Part shown: one piece after another, positions 9,193 through 18,639 of the stretch | Numbering within the stretch: position 1 is the first letter of the stretch | Layout: each line of letters starts with the position of its first letter | Assembly: GCA_965224245.1 (NCBI GenBank) | Contig: OZ245046.1 | Location: 3,968,001-4,032,000, forward strand | Origin: Candidatus Eiseniibacteriota bacterium | Lineage (GTDB): Bacteria; Eisenbacteria; RBG-16-71-46; CAZAMP01 | Length of the DNA: 64,000 nt | Direction of reading: 5' to 3' | Translations under genes and position numbers: made by a program | The notes under the pieces: model-generated | What the model saw: only the letters and a program-made list of their open reading frames with translations | The model's database searches: none | What the model was told of the DNA's origin: nothing

Positions 9193-10443
9193 TCAGCCGC
9201 ACTCCGGCCGCGTCACGGCGAGCTCGGGCGGCGGCTCGCCCACGACGTCGAGGATCCGGAGGATGGCCTCGCCGATCTGGTTGTCGGGGCACGACGCGCC
9301 CGCGGTGACCCCCACCCGGACGGGCCCCGCAGGAAGCCAGTCGGCCGCGAAAACGTCTTCTCCGGTCGCGGGGTCGCGATGGCGGATGTGACCGGCGCCC
9401 TCGATCAGCGACGCGTCCCGGATGAAGTACGTCGGCACCGACGCGGCGGAGATCTCGACCAGGTGCATCGTGTTCGACGAGTTGTACCCGCCCACGATCA
9501 CCATCAGATCGGGCCGGGTGGACGGATCGTCGAGCATCCGGAGAACCGCGTCCTGACGCTCCTGCGTGGCGCCGCAGATGGTGTCGAACGACATGAAGTG
9601 ATCGTCGATGGCGTCCGCCCCCACACGATCGAGCATCGCGGCCCGCACGATGTCGGCCACCTCGAGCGACTCGCTGGACAGCATCGTGGTCTGGTTCGCG
9701 AGCCCGACGCGCTGGAGGTCGCGCGCGGGGACGAACCCGGGCGACGTGCACCGCGCGAAGCGATCCATGAACGCCGCGTCGTCGTGGCGCCCGCGAACGT
9801 AGTCGGCCACGAACTCGGCCTCGGCGCGGTCCAGCACCACGAGAAAGTGCCCCCCCTTCTCGGTCGCCTGAGAGCACGTCGCGCGGGTCTCCTCGTGTCG
9901 GGCCTTGCCGTGAACGATCGACGTGAAGCCGCGCGTGGCGTACTGGCGAACGCGCTTCCAGACGTTCATGACCGAGCCGCAGGTCGTGTCCACGAGAATG
10001 CAGCCCCTGGCCTTGAGGGTCGTGAACAGCTCGCTCGTCGTGCCGAACGCCGGGATGATGACGACGTCGTCGGATCGCACCGCGTCGTAGGAAAGGTGGC
10101 GAAGGTCGTGCCCGGGCAGGATCTCGATTCCGAGGTCCGTGAGGCGCCGGTTCACGCTGGGGTTGTGGATGATCTCGCCTACCAGGAAGACGCGCCGATC
10201 GGGGTACATCCGGACCGTCTCGTACGCGTAGTCCACCGCGCGCTCGACGCCGTAGCAGAACCCGAACTCGCGCGCGAGGACGATCTCGACCCGGCCCGAT
10301 CGATGGCGGAAGTCGTTCGCACGAAACCAGTCCACGAGCCGGCTTCCATACTCGGTGTCCACGTCGTCGCGGATCTCCGCGCGCAGACCGAACCCTTTTC
10401 GGTAAATCTGAGCCTTGGTCACGTCGTTCTTCTCGAGGAACAT
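9193..10443 (-). CDS. ispH: 4-hydroxy-3-methylbut-2-enyl diphosphate reductase (long form)
   Basis: FGFCYGVERA, EIIHNP, VDTTC, DTICGAT.ERQ, SSNT, TAGASCP. Confidence 0.95.
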   Translation of the reverse strand: MFLEKNDVTKAQIYRKGFGLRAEIRDDVDTEYGSRLVDWFRANDFRHRSGRVEIVLAREFGFCYGVERAVDYAYETVRMYPDRRVFLVGEIIHNPSVNRRLTDLGIEILPGHDLRHLSYDAVRSDDVVIIPAFGTTSELFTTLKARGCILVDTTCGSVMNVWKRVRQYATRGFTSIVHGKARHEETRATCSQATEKGGHFLVVLDRAEAEFVADYVRGRHDDAAFMDRFARCTSPGFVPARDLQRVGLANQTTMLSSESLEVADIVRAAMLDRVGADAIDDHFMSFDTICGATQERQDAVLRMLDDPSTRPDLMVIVGGYNSSNTMHLVEISAASVPTYFIRDASLIEGAGHIRHRDPATGEDVFAADWLPAGPVRVGVTAGASCPDNQIGEAILRILDVVGEPPPELAVTRPECG

Positions 10444-10606
10444 CGGGCCGCTCCAGAGATGCCGGGGATCGAGGTAGCTGGATCGAGCACGTGAGCGGAC
10501 TTGCCCGAGACACAGTCTATCAGGATCGGCGAATCCTCTGGTGATACACCCGCGGGGACCGATGGGTTCGTGTGGACCGGAACGCCTGCCGCGACCCCCA
10601 CCGGGA

Positions 10607-12235
10607 TCACGTCAGGCCCTCGATCCTGAGCTTGCTCTTGGCGGCCCGTCCGATCTTGGACCGGGGGCTCCGCTCGACGATGTGGCGAAGCAGCTGCTCG
10701 CCCATGTCGCGTTCGGCCTCGTTGCCTTCGATGAGGTGAAAGCCCAGGTAGTACAGGTCGTTGAGCTCCAGCACGTCTCCCTCGGCCATCAGCTTCTTGT
10801 AGACGGGGAACTCCTTCTCGCGCACCAGCGAGCGCACGATGGCGAGCGGTGTGTCGTTGTCGCGCGTGATGGATCCCGCGGGCGCTTTCGCGCTCCTCAA
10901 CGAGACGACCGCCAGATCGAACCTGGCCGCGTCGGTCTGGTGCTCGTTGGTGGTCAGCTGCGCGAGCAACCGCTCGGCGACGTCGAACGAGCCCTTGCGC
11001 TTCCAGTAGAGGGCGCGCTTGTGGAGCGTCTCGAAGTGCACCTCGGGCGTCAGCGTCTGCACGAGGTGCAGCATGGGCTCGGCGTTCTCGTCGCCGGACT
11101 CGAGCTTCCCGATGGCCGTCTTGGCGACGCCGGTCATGGCGTCCGGATCCACCTTCGAGGCGCCGGCCTTCACGGCGCGCACCATCCGCCACGCGTGCTC
11201 GACGTCACGTCCCTTTCCGAGCTCGGCCACGATGACCTTCCACGCGCCCGATTGAGCCTGGATCGACCGGGCGGCCAGCTGTCGGATCATGGGATCGGAA
11301 TCGCCCAGCGCATCGACCAGCGCACCGGTGACCGCGTCGTCTCCGACCTCGCTCATCTTGGTCAGCGCGAACTTCCGCACGAGCGGATGGCGGCTCTCGG
11401 CGAGCTGGATGAGCTGCTTGCCGGCGCTCTTGGGCATCGTCATCGCCACCAGTGCCTCGAGGGCCGGGGACACGACGTTGGGAAAGTCGTCCTCCTCCAG
11501 GAACGACAGGAGCTTCGTCACCGCGGCCGCGCGGTGACGATACCCCGGCAGCGTCCACCGGAGCCCGGTGAGCGCGGTCCGGCGGAGATCGGCTGGATGC
11601 TCGGGACCCGAGAAGTCGAGGAACGTGCGCGCGGAGGCGGGATCCCGGAGGTGGGTCAGGACATCCAGGATCGAGTCGACCGCCACGCGGTTCTCCACGA
11701 ACGTCTTGCGGCGGAGCGGCGCCCTGAACTGCTTGGAGAGCTCGGCGCGGGCGTCGTCGTCCAGGGTCGTGGTCTCGTCCTTCACGATCCGCACGACGTC
11801 GCGCGACACGCCGGACGTGGGCTCTTCGAGCACGTGAACCAGAAACGAGATCGCGTCGTCGGTGCGGACGAGCGCGAGCACCCGCAGCAGCGTCCGCCGC
11901 TTGGCCAGCGACGCCGTCGGGAAGGTCTGCTTGATCGTCGGCACCACGGCGTTCCCGATCGCCGCCAGCGCGCGCGCGGCGGCCTCGCGCGTCTCCTCGG
12001 GCTTGTCGAGCAGCGGGTAGAGGGCGTCGCGCGCGGCGGTGCTCCCGATCTTGCCCAGCGCCTCGATGGCCTTCAGACGCAGGGCGCGCTCGGAGCCCTC
12101 GGCCGCCTCGGTGAGGTGCTTCACCACCGACGCGTGCTTCGGCGCCAGCTCGCCGACGACGATCGCGGCCGCCGTTCTCTGTTCCAATGTTCCCGCGGAC
12201 AGCAGTCTGAGAAGCTTCGTGGTCAGCTGTGACAT
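10607..12235 (-). CDS. HEAT-repeat protein
   Basis: Repeated 'R..A..ALG.I' helical units; codon usage typical of real genes in this window. Confidence 0.75.
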   Translation of the reverse strand: MSQLTTKLLRLLSAGTLEQRTAAAIVVGELAPKHASVVKHLTEAAEGSERALRLKAIEALGKIGSTAARDALYPLLDKPEETREAAARALAAIGNAVVPTIKQTFPTASLAKRRTLLRVLALVRTDDAISFLVHVLEEPTSGVSRDVVRIVKDETTTLDDDARAELSKQFRAPLRRKTFVENRVAVDSILDVLTHLRDPASARTFLDFSGPEHPADLRRTALTGLRWTLPGYRHRAAAVTKLLSFLEEDDFPNVVSPALEALVAMTMPKSAGKQLIQLAESRHPLVRKFALTKMSEVGDDAVTGALVDALGDSDPMIRQLAARSIQAQSGAWKVIVAELGKGRDVEHAWRMVRAVKAGASKVDPDAMTGVAKTAIGKLESGDENAEPMLHLVQTLTPEVHFETLHKRALYWKRKGSFDVAERLLAQLTTNEHQTDAARFDLAVVSLRSAKAPAGSITRDNDTPLAIVRSLVREKEFPVYKKLMAEGDVLELNDLYYLGFHLIEGNEAERDMGEQLLRHIVERSPRSKIGRAAKSKLRIEGLT

Positions 12236-12463
12236 ACGACCCCTCGGTGGCCTTCACCACGTTCGCTCGCGGAACCGGAGACGGGATGACGAGAAGCACC
12301 GAGAGGTGTAACAGATTGCGTTTTCAGGCGCAACGAGGCTCGCGCGGGTGCGGTCCCGATCCGGAGATTCCTTTAATTGGACATGTATTTCACCTTTTAG
12401 GTGTAAAGCAAAATCCCCCGCCGGCAGGCCGATTCCGCTCGCGTCGACCGCCCGACAATCCGC

Positions 12464-12492
12464 TTGGTGCGGGAGGAGAACCGACGTACACT
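12464..12492 (+). promoter_or_regulatory. Putative sigma70 promoter for the small ORF
   Basis: TTGGTG(12464-12469), 17 nt, TACACT(12487-12492); AT-rich tract upstream at 12365-12415. Confidence 0.4.
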
Positions 12493-12575
12493 CTCCGGCC
12501 GCCAAATCCGCGGCGTTGTTTCGACGAACGGCAGCGACCCCCCACCCCGGCGGGCGGGTCGGAGAGAGATCTACG

Positions 12576-12662
12576 ATGAGAACCCAGACGATCGACAAGG
12601 CCGCCCTCTGGCTGGCCGGCGTCCTCGCCACCTGCATCTTCTTCGGCGCCGTCCTCCGCTAG
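12576..12662 (+). CDS. Putative 28-aa single-TM small protein MRTQTIDKAALWLAGVLATCIFFGAVLR
   Basis: GGAGAG RBS, GC3-rich codons, hydrophobic helix, upstream promoter. Confidence 0.5.
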   Translation: MRTQTIDKAALWLAGVLATCIFFGAVLR

Positions 12663-12683
12663 CGGGGCGCCGGTCTCCGGCGC

Positions 12684-13694
12684 TCACGGCGCGCTCGACT
12701 CCGTCTCGGGGATCCGCTCCGCCAACGCGAACGCGACCAGCACGAGCTCTCGCGTGACCTCGTCGGCCCGCTGCGATTGTACGAGCCGCTCGGGCACCCT
12801 CGCGACCTGCTCTCGGGTGCGGATGCCCACGAAGCGGCGGAAGAACGCACCGGTGTCCTGGGGCTGCCCGAGCGAGACGACGGGCTCGATCTCGGCCAGC
12901 GCGGAGATGCGACCGTCGGTACCGAAGCCGACCATCAGGTAGAGAGGCTCGCACGTGTCACAGTTCGTGTCCCGCTCGATCGGGAACGCGAACCCGCTCG
13001 GCGATCCGTCCTCGGCGAACCCGATGCCGTACCAGGGCGAGAGCCCGAGCTGGCAGGCGGACACCCCCAGCCAGTCGGTCTCCAGCGTGCTCGCGATCTC
13101 GACGCGCGCCGCGCCGGGCAGCGCGCGCGCGGCGAGCGCGACGCGAAGCGAGTCGGGCGCGTTCAGGTAGTAGAAGTTCCGGCGGAGGCTCACGAGCCGC
13201 TCGTCGGTGGTTCCGACCCGGCGACCGATGAAGCGTACGGTCCCGTCGGGCCCCACGAGGGTGAGCACGGGCTCGTTCAGGATGCGCGTGACCTGGAACA
13301 GCGGCGTCGTCGTGTGCCAGACCGGGATCTCGAGGCCGTTGGCCACGACCGACTCCCGGAGCACCCCGGGATCCCGCTCGGACAGGACGCCGAACGTGAG
13401 GCCCATCTCGCGCCACACGATCGACCGCGCGTCGTACTCGATGAGGTCCGCTTCGCACGCGGCGCACGCGCGTGAGCACAGGACGGCGGCCGTCCATCCC
13501 CCGTCGACGGGGATCGAGACCGCGTTGCCGTCGAGATCGGTGACCGTCGAGACCGGGAAGGCCTGGCCCCAGTCGAGACGGCCCGCGGGCTTCCGGTCGG
13601 CGGCCGGTGTGTCCGAGGCCTCGCCGCCCCCGCCTCCGCAGCCCGCCAGCAGGAGGATTCCCACGACCGCGAGGATCGTACGCTCACTCGTCAT
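12684..13694 (-). CDS. Lipoprotein with redoxin-like domain plus FMN-bind-like C-terminal domain
   Basis: Lipobox LLAGC; 'DLDGNAVS...LCSRACAAC...EP.LTLVGPDGTVRF' thioredoxin-fold pattern; C-terminal CDTC..LMVGFGTDGRI..FFRRFVG. Confidence 0.6.
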   Translation of the reverse strand: MTSERTILAVVGILLLAGCGGGGGEASDTPAADRKPAGRLDWGQAFPVSTVTDLDGNAVSIPVDGGWTAAVLCSRACAACEADLIEYDARSIVWREMGLTFGVLSERDPGVLRESVVANGLEIPVWHTTTPLFQVTRILNEPVLTLVGPDGTVRFIGRRVGTTDERLVSLRRNFYYLNAPDSLRVALAARALPGAARVEIASTLETDWLGVSACQLGLSPWYGIGFAEDGSPSGFAFPIERDTNCDTCEPLYLMVGFGTDGRISALAEIEPVVSLGQPQDTGAFFRRFVGIRTREQVARVPERLVQSQRADEVTRELVLVAFALAERIPETESSAP

Positions 13695-14382
13695 CTCGGC
13701 TCCAATCCGTCTCGGCGAGCCAGGATCGGATGACCCGCCGCATCTCGGGGGTGAACTCGTGTCCGGCGCGGACCTCGGCGAACCTCGCGTCGAGACCCCG
13801 CTCCGCCAGCGCCGCGATGGCGACGCGGCACGGCTCGGACTCGACGACGGGATCTCCATCGCCGTGTACGTGAAGGATCCGCACCGACCGGGCGGCGTCG
13901 AGCGACGGGCCGAGCGCCTCGACCTTGGCGCGGCCGGCGATCCCCACGACGCCGCGGATCCGATCGGGATGCAACAGCCCGAGCGTGTACGCGAGGTAGG
14001 CGCCCTGGGAGAAACCGAGGAGAACCACCGGGGTTCCGGCCACGATCTCCCCGTCCAGTACCTGGAACAGGAAGCGGCCCGCCTCGCGCATCGCGGCCAC
14101 GAACCGGTCCGCGTCGCCGTCGTACTGGTACCACGTGTGGCCGATCGTGCGGCGCCGTCGGCGCTGGACCTCCACGGGAAACGGCGCGCGTGGACACAGG
14201 AGCGACCAGCCGTCCCTCGCGAACGGCTCGATCCGCTCGATCATGCGGTCCGCGTCCTCGCCCATGCCGTGCAGCCCGACGATCCACCGGGACTCCCCGG
14301 TCCCCGTGTCGGACGGGGCCGGGAGCACGTGGTAGGGCACGCTCCAGCTCATGACCGAGGACGTCTGGCGCCATGTGGACAT
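13684..14382 (-). CDS. Alpha/beta hydrolase (phospholipase/carboxylesterase family)
   Basis: LHG, GFSQG nucleophile, HG.GDPVV, GHE; start may instead be 14352. Confidence 0.85.
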   Translation of the reverse strand: MSTWRQTSSVMSWSVPYHVLPAPSDTGTGESRWIVGLHGMGEDADRMIERIEPFARDGWSLLCPRAPFPVEVQRRRRRTIGHTWYQYDGDADRFVAAMREAGRFLFQVLDGEIVAGTPVVLLGFSQGAYLAYTLGLLHPDRIRGVVGIAGRAKVEALGPSLDAARSVRILHVHGDGDPVVESEPCRVAIAALAERGLDARFAEVRAGHEFTPEMRRVIRSWLAETDWSRDDE

Positions 14383-14572
14383 CGAGATCTCCTCGTGGAC
14401 GGTTGCGCCGGGAACTGTAGGCGGATCGGCGCCCGCGCGGCAAACCCCCGGGGCGCGACGGAACCGCTTGCCCCGTGCGAGTCCGCGGGGCAGAATTCCC
14501 GGCCGGTTTCACAGAGCCCCTCGGGATCTCCCGGGGCCGCCGCACCCGTCACCGCGTGGACGATCCAGGTCG

Positions 14573-15478
14573 ATGTCGATCCTGAACCAGCTCATCGCGC
14601 GAACGCTCCCGATCGTGCCCAAGCCGATCGTGGGCCGCGTCAGCCGGCCCTACATCGCCGGCGAGACCCTCGACGACGCGATGGGCGTCGTGGAGACGCT
14701 CAACCGCCAGGGCACGATGGCAACCCTCGACATCCTGGGCGAGTTCACGACCCACCTCGACCAGGCATCCCGGACCACCGCGCTCTACGTCGAGGTGCTC
14801 GACCGCATTCACCACGAGGGTGTAGACGCGAACGTGTCGGTGAAGCTCACCGCGCTGGGGCTCCTCGTCGACCCCGATGCCTGCTATCGAAACGTCCGTG
14901 AGATCGTCGGTCACGCGAAGTCGCTCGGGAACTGGGTCCGCCTCGACATGGAGGACTCCAAGTGCACCGATCTCACGCTCGAGATTCACGGGCGACTCGA
15001 GGAGGAGCTCGGGAACGTGGGCTGCGTGGTCCAGGCGTACCTGCGCAGGACGCTCGACGACGCCCGGACGCTGGCCGAGATCGGTGCCAACGTGCGCGTG
15101 TGCAAGGGCATCTACGTGGAGCCGCGCGACATCGCGTTCCAGGATCGCACGCTCGTGCGCCGGAGCTTCGTGGAGACGGTGCGCACTCTCCTCTCACGCG
15201 GCTCCTACGTCGGGATCGCCACCCACGACGAGGTGGTCGCGTGGGAGTGCGAGCAGATCGTGCGTGAGCTCGATCTGCCTCCCGATCGCTACGAGTTCCA
15301 GATGCTCCTGGGTGTCGACGAGCGCCTTCGCGACATCCTGAAGGCGTGCGGGCATCGCATGCGCGTCTACGTGCCGTTCGGCGAGGCGTGGTACGCGTAC
15401 TCGCTCCGGCGGCTGAAGGAGAACCCGAGCATCGCGGGACACATCCTCCGCGCGACGCTCGGACTCGGTCCGGGCTGA
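14573..15478 (+). CDS. Monofunctional proline dehydrogenase
   Basis: YIAGET, SVKLTALG, DMEDS, QAYLRR, KG.Y.EP, ATHD, EFQMLLG, YVPFG..WY.Y..RRL.E. Confidence 0.93.
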   Translation: MSILNQLIARTLPIVPKPIVGRVSRPYIAGETLDDAMGVVETLNRQGTMATLDILGEFTTHLDQASRTTALYVEVLDRIHHEGVDANVSVKLTALGLLVDPDACYRNVREIVGHAKSLGNWVRLDMEDSKCTDLTLEIHGRLEEELGNVGCVVQAYLRRTLDDARTLAEIGANVRVCKGIYVEPRDIAFQDRTLVRRSFVETVRTLLSRGSYVGIATHDEVVAWECEQIVRELDLPPDRYEFQMLLGVDERLRDILKACGHRMRVYVPFGEAWYAYSLRRLKENPSIAGHILRATLGLGPG

Positions 15479-15504
15479 GCACGACGTACCCGCGTCTTCG
15501 TCCC

Positions 15505-18500
15505 CTACGCGTCCGGCGTCAGCGCGATCCGATCCGTGCCCCGGTCCGGCAGCGCCAGCCGCCCGGTGGCGCGCCACCACACGCGCCGGTTCCACAGCGT
15601 GATCCGCTCGGCGATGACGTAGAACGTCGGCAGCACGAGCAACGTCAGCACCGTGGACGCCGCGAGCCCCGCCATGACCGCCCTCGCCATCGGGTAGTAG
15701 TAGCCGTCGCCGATCGACGCGCTGCCGAACGCCAGGGGTACGAGCCCGAGGATCGTGGTGAGCGCGGTCATCAGGATCGGTCGGAACCGCTCCTCGCCGC
15801 CGCGGAGGATCGCCTCGCCGCGGGACAGGCCCGCGCGCCGGTGGTGGTTGATGTGATCGATCAGGATGATCCCGTTGTTCACGACGATCCCGATCAGGAT
15901 CACGATGCCGATCATCCCCAGGATGTTGAGGGGCGTCCCGGTCAGGATGCACATCCAGATCACGCCGATGATCGCGAACGGAATGCACAGCATGATCACC
16001 AGCGGGTGCACGAACGACTCGAACAGCGACGCCATGACGAAGTACACGCAGGCCAGGGCGAGAAGCACGTTCACGCCCATCTGATCGCTCTCGGCCTGTG
16101 CCTCCCGGAACCGGCGACCGAACGACCAGCCGTAGCCCTCGGGCATGTCGAGCGACGACATCAGCGCCTCGACCTCCTCGAGCGCCTCCTCGAACGACTC
16201 GCCCTCGTACGAGGCGCGGACCGGCACCGCGGTGCGGCGCGACTCGCGGTAGATCTGCGACGGCCCGCGGCCGACCTCGAAGCTCGCGATCTGACCCAGC
16301 GAGATGTCGGTGCCGTCGACACGGGAGACGACCATCGCCGAGAGATTTTCGATGCTGCGGCGGCTGCCCGGCTCCAGCACGATTCCGATCGGAACCTCGC
16401 GGTCGGGACCCTTGTAGGTTCCGATCGTCATGCCCCGGAACGTCAGGTTCAGGATCTCGGCCATCGTGCGCGGCGTCACGCCGAAGCGTCCGCTCTCGTC
16501 GGGACGGAGCGACACGCGCACCTCGTCGCGCCCGCGCTCCAGGTCCGAGTGCACGTCCTCGAGGCCGTCAACGGTCTCCAGGCGGCGCTTGGCCTCGGCG
16601 GCCAGCTCGGCCAGGTAGTCGGTGTCGTCGCCGAAGAGCGTCACCGAGAGCTGCTTGGCGCCGTCGTCGGCGTCCTCGCTGCCGATCGTGTAGCGTGTAC
16701 CGGGAATCGTCGGGAGCCGGCCGCGAAGGTACTCGCGAAGCTCGCGGAGCTCGTCCTCGCTGGTGTCGCCCGAGCTGAAGTAGAGCCAGCTCACCAGGTA
16801 GTTGTCGGTGTAGAACGTGTAGACCGACTCCACGCCGAGGCTGTCCCGCTTGGCCAGGAGGAAGCTCTCCAGACGGTCCGCATAGCGATCCACTCCGTAG
16901 AGGTTCACGTTGTCGTCGAACGCGACCTCGATCGGGAGCGCGTCCCGCTTGATGCCTCGATCGCCGTCGGACGCGGGGCTGAACCCGCTGACCTTGGCCA
17001 CCACCACCGTGAGCACGACGCTGGCGGCCACGAGCCCCAGCGTTCCGATCGGATGGCGGATCGCGGTCCACGAGAGCGCCTTCACGTACGCGCGCTTCAG
17101 CGCCTCCAGCGCCCGCGGCATTCGTTCCCCGCCCCCGGCGTGTGCGCGCGACGCGGCGCGGCGGGCGTGCCGGACCACGCGCCCCATCATCAGGGGCACC
17201 AGCGTCAGCGAGATCAAGAGCGAGAAGCTCAGCGCGACGATGATCGTGTAGCCGACCTCGCCCAGCCACACCGCCAGCTCGCTCGACGGCGTGAGGACGA
17301 CCGGCGCGAAGACGCAGATCGACGTCAACGTGGCCGCGATGACGGCGCGGGCGACGTTGCGTGTCCCGGTCAGCGCCGCCGCCTCCGGCGTGTCGCCCGA
17401 GTGCGCCTGTCGCCGGTGAATCGACTCGAGCACCACGATGGCGTTGTCCACGAGCATGCCCGTCGCGAGCATCAGGCCCATCATCGTCAGCACGTTCAGC
17501 GATCGATCCGACAGGTACAGGAACACGCAGGCCGAGACGATCGAGAACGGGATCGCCACCGAGATCACGGCCGTCGTCACGAAGCGGCGCAGGAACACGA
17601 AGATCACCCCGAGCGCCAGCACCGACCCGATCATCCCCGACTTCAGCAGACCGTCGAGCCCCCCCGTGATCTGCTCGGCCTGATCGAAGAACAGGACGAC
17701 GTCGATGCCGTCGAGCGCCGGATCCTCGCGGATCGCGTCGAGCGTCTCGTGCACGCCCCGCGAGACGTCGACGATGTTGGCGCCCGACGCACGCTGGATC
17801 TCGAACGCCACCGCCGGCTCGCCGTTCAGGCGACGTCGGTAGGTGGGGTTCGGCTCGTCGTACACGACGTCGGCCACGTCCCGCAGTCTCACGCCCCTCT
17901 GGTCCACGAGGAGGTTCTCCAGCTCGTCGACCGAGGTGAACTCGCCGATCGCACGGATGCGGTAGCGATTCCCGTCGAGGTGGACCTTTCCCAGGCCCAG
18001 GTCGAGATTGGCGGACGCGATCCGGTCGAAGAGTGCCTGGACGTCCACGCCGTGCTCGAGCACGCGGTCGATGTCGAGATAGATCGAGATGTCGGCCGGA
18101 AGCACGCCGTCGACCTGGACCCGACCGACGCCGTCGACCCGTTCCAGCGGCTTGATCACGTGACGATCCAGAAGATCGTACGCGGACGCGAGGTCCCGGC
18201 CGTGCGCCGAGATGCGGCCCACCATGATCGGGATGTCGTTGGTGTTGAACGTGAAGATGAAGAGGTTCTGGACGTCCGACGGAAGAAGCGGGCGAACCTG
18301 GTCGAGCTTCTCCTTCACCTCGAGGCGAAGCACGTCCACGTCGCGGCCGAACTCGAACCGCACGCCCACGAAGGCGCCGTCGGACTCCGACCGCGAGAAC
18401 ATCTCCTTCACGTCGCCGAGCGTGGCCAGCACCTCCTCCACGGGGCGCGCGATCTCCTTCTCCACCTGCGCGGGTACGGCGTTCGGGTACGGCACGTAGA

Positions 18501-18639
18501 CCCCGATGAACGGGAAGTCCTTTCGGGGCAGGAACTCCAGCGGCAGCCGGGTGACGCTGACGGCGCCCAGAACGGTCAGCAGCAGCACGCCGACGAGGAC
18601 GCCGACCGGTCTCGCGAGGGACAGTTCGGTGATCTTCAC
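15505..18639 (-). CDS. RND efflux permease (AcrB/AcrD/AcrF family)
   Basis: GMLVDNAIVVLE, GIVVNNGI, RFRPILMT; ~1040 aa. Confidence 0.95.
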   Translation of the reverse strand: MKITELSLARPVGVLVGVLLLTVLGAVSVTRLPLEFLPRKDFPFIGVYVPYPNAVPAQVEKEIARPVEEVLATLGDVKEMFSRSESDGAFVGVRFEFGRDVDVLRLEVKEKLDQVRPLLPSDVQNLFIFTFNTNDIPIMVGRISAHGRDLASAYDLLDRHVIKPLERVDGVGRVQVDGVLPADISIYLDIDRVLEHGVDVQALFDRIASANLDLGLGKVHLDGNRYRIRAIGEFTSVDELENLLVDQRGVRLRDVADVVYDEPNPTYRRRLNGEPAVAFEIQRASGANIVDVSRGVHETLDAIREDPALDGIDVVLFFDQAEQITGGLDGLLKSGMIGSVLALGVIFVFLRRFVTTAVISVAIPFSIVSACVFLYLSDRSLNVLTMMGLMLATGMLVDNAIVVLESIHRRQAHSGDTPEAAALTGTRNVARAVIAATLTSICVFAPVVLTPSSELAVWLGEVGYTIIVALSFSLLISLTLVPLMMGRVVRHARRAASRAHAGGGERMPRALEALKRAYVKALSWTAIRHPIGTLGLVAASVVLTVVVAKVSGFSPASDGDRGIKRDALPIEVAFDDNVNLYGVDRYADRLESFLLAKRDSLGVESVYTFYTDNYLVSWLYFSSGDTSEDELRELREYLRGRLPTIPGTRYTIGSEDADDGAKQLSVTLFGDDTDYLAELAAEAKRRLETVDGLEDVHSDLERGRDEVRVSLRPDESGRFGVTPRTMAEILNLTFRGMTIGTYKGPDREVPIGIVLEPGSRRSIENLSAMVVSRVDGTDISLGQIASFEVGRGPSQIYRESRRTAVPVRASYEGESFEEALEEVEALMSSLDMPEGYGWSFGRRFREAQAESDQMGVNVLLALACVYFVMASLFESFVHPLVIMLCIPFAIIGVIWMCILTGTPLNILGMIGIVILIGIVVNNGIILIDHINHHRRAGLSRGEAILRGGEERFRPILMTALTTILGLVPLAFGSASIGDGYYYPMARAVMAGLAASTVLTLLVLPTFYVIAERITLWNRRVWWRATGRLALPDRGTDRIALTPDA

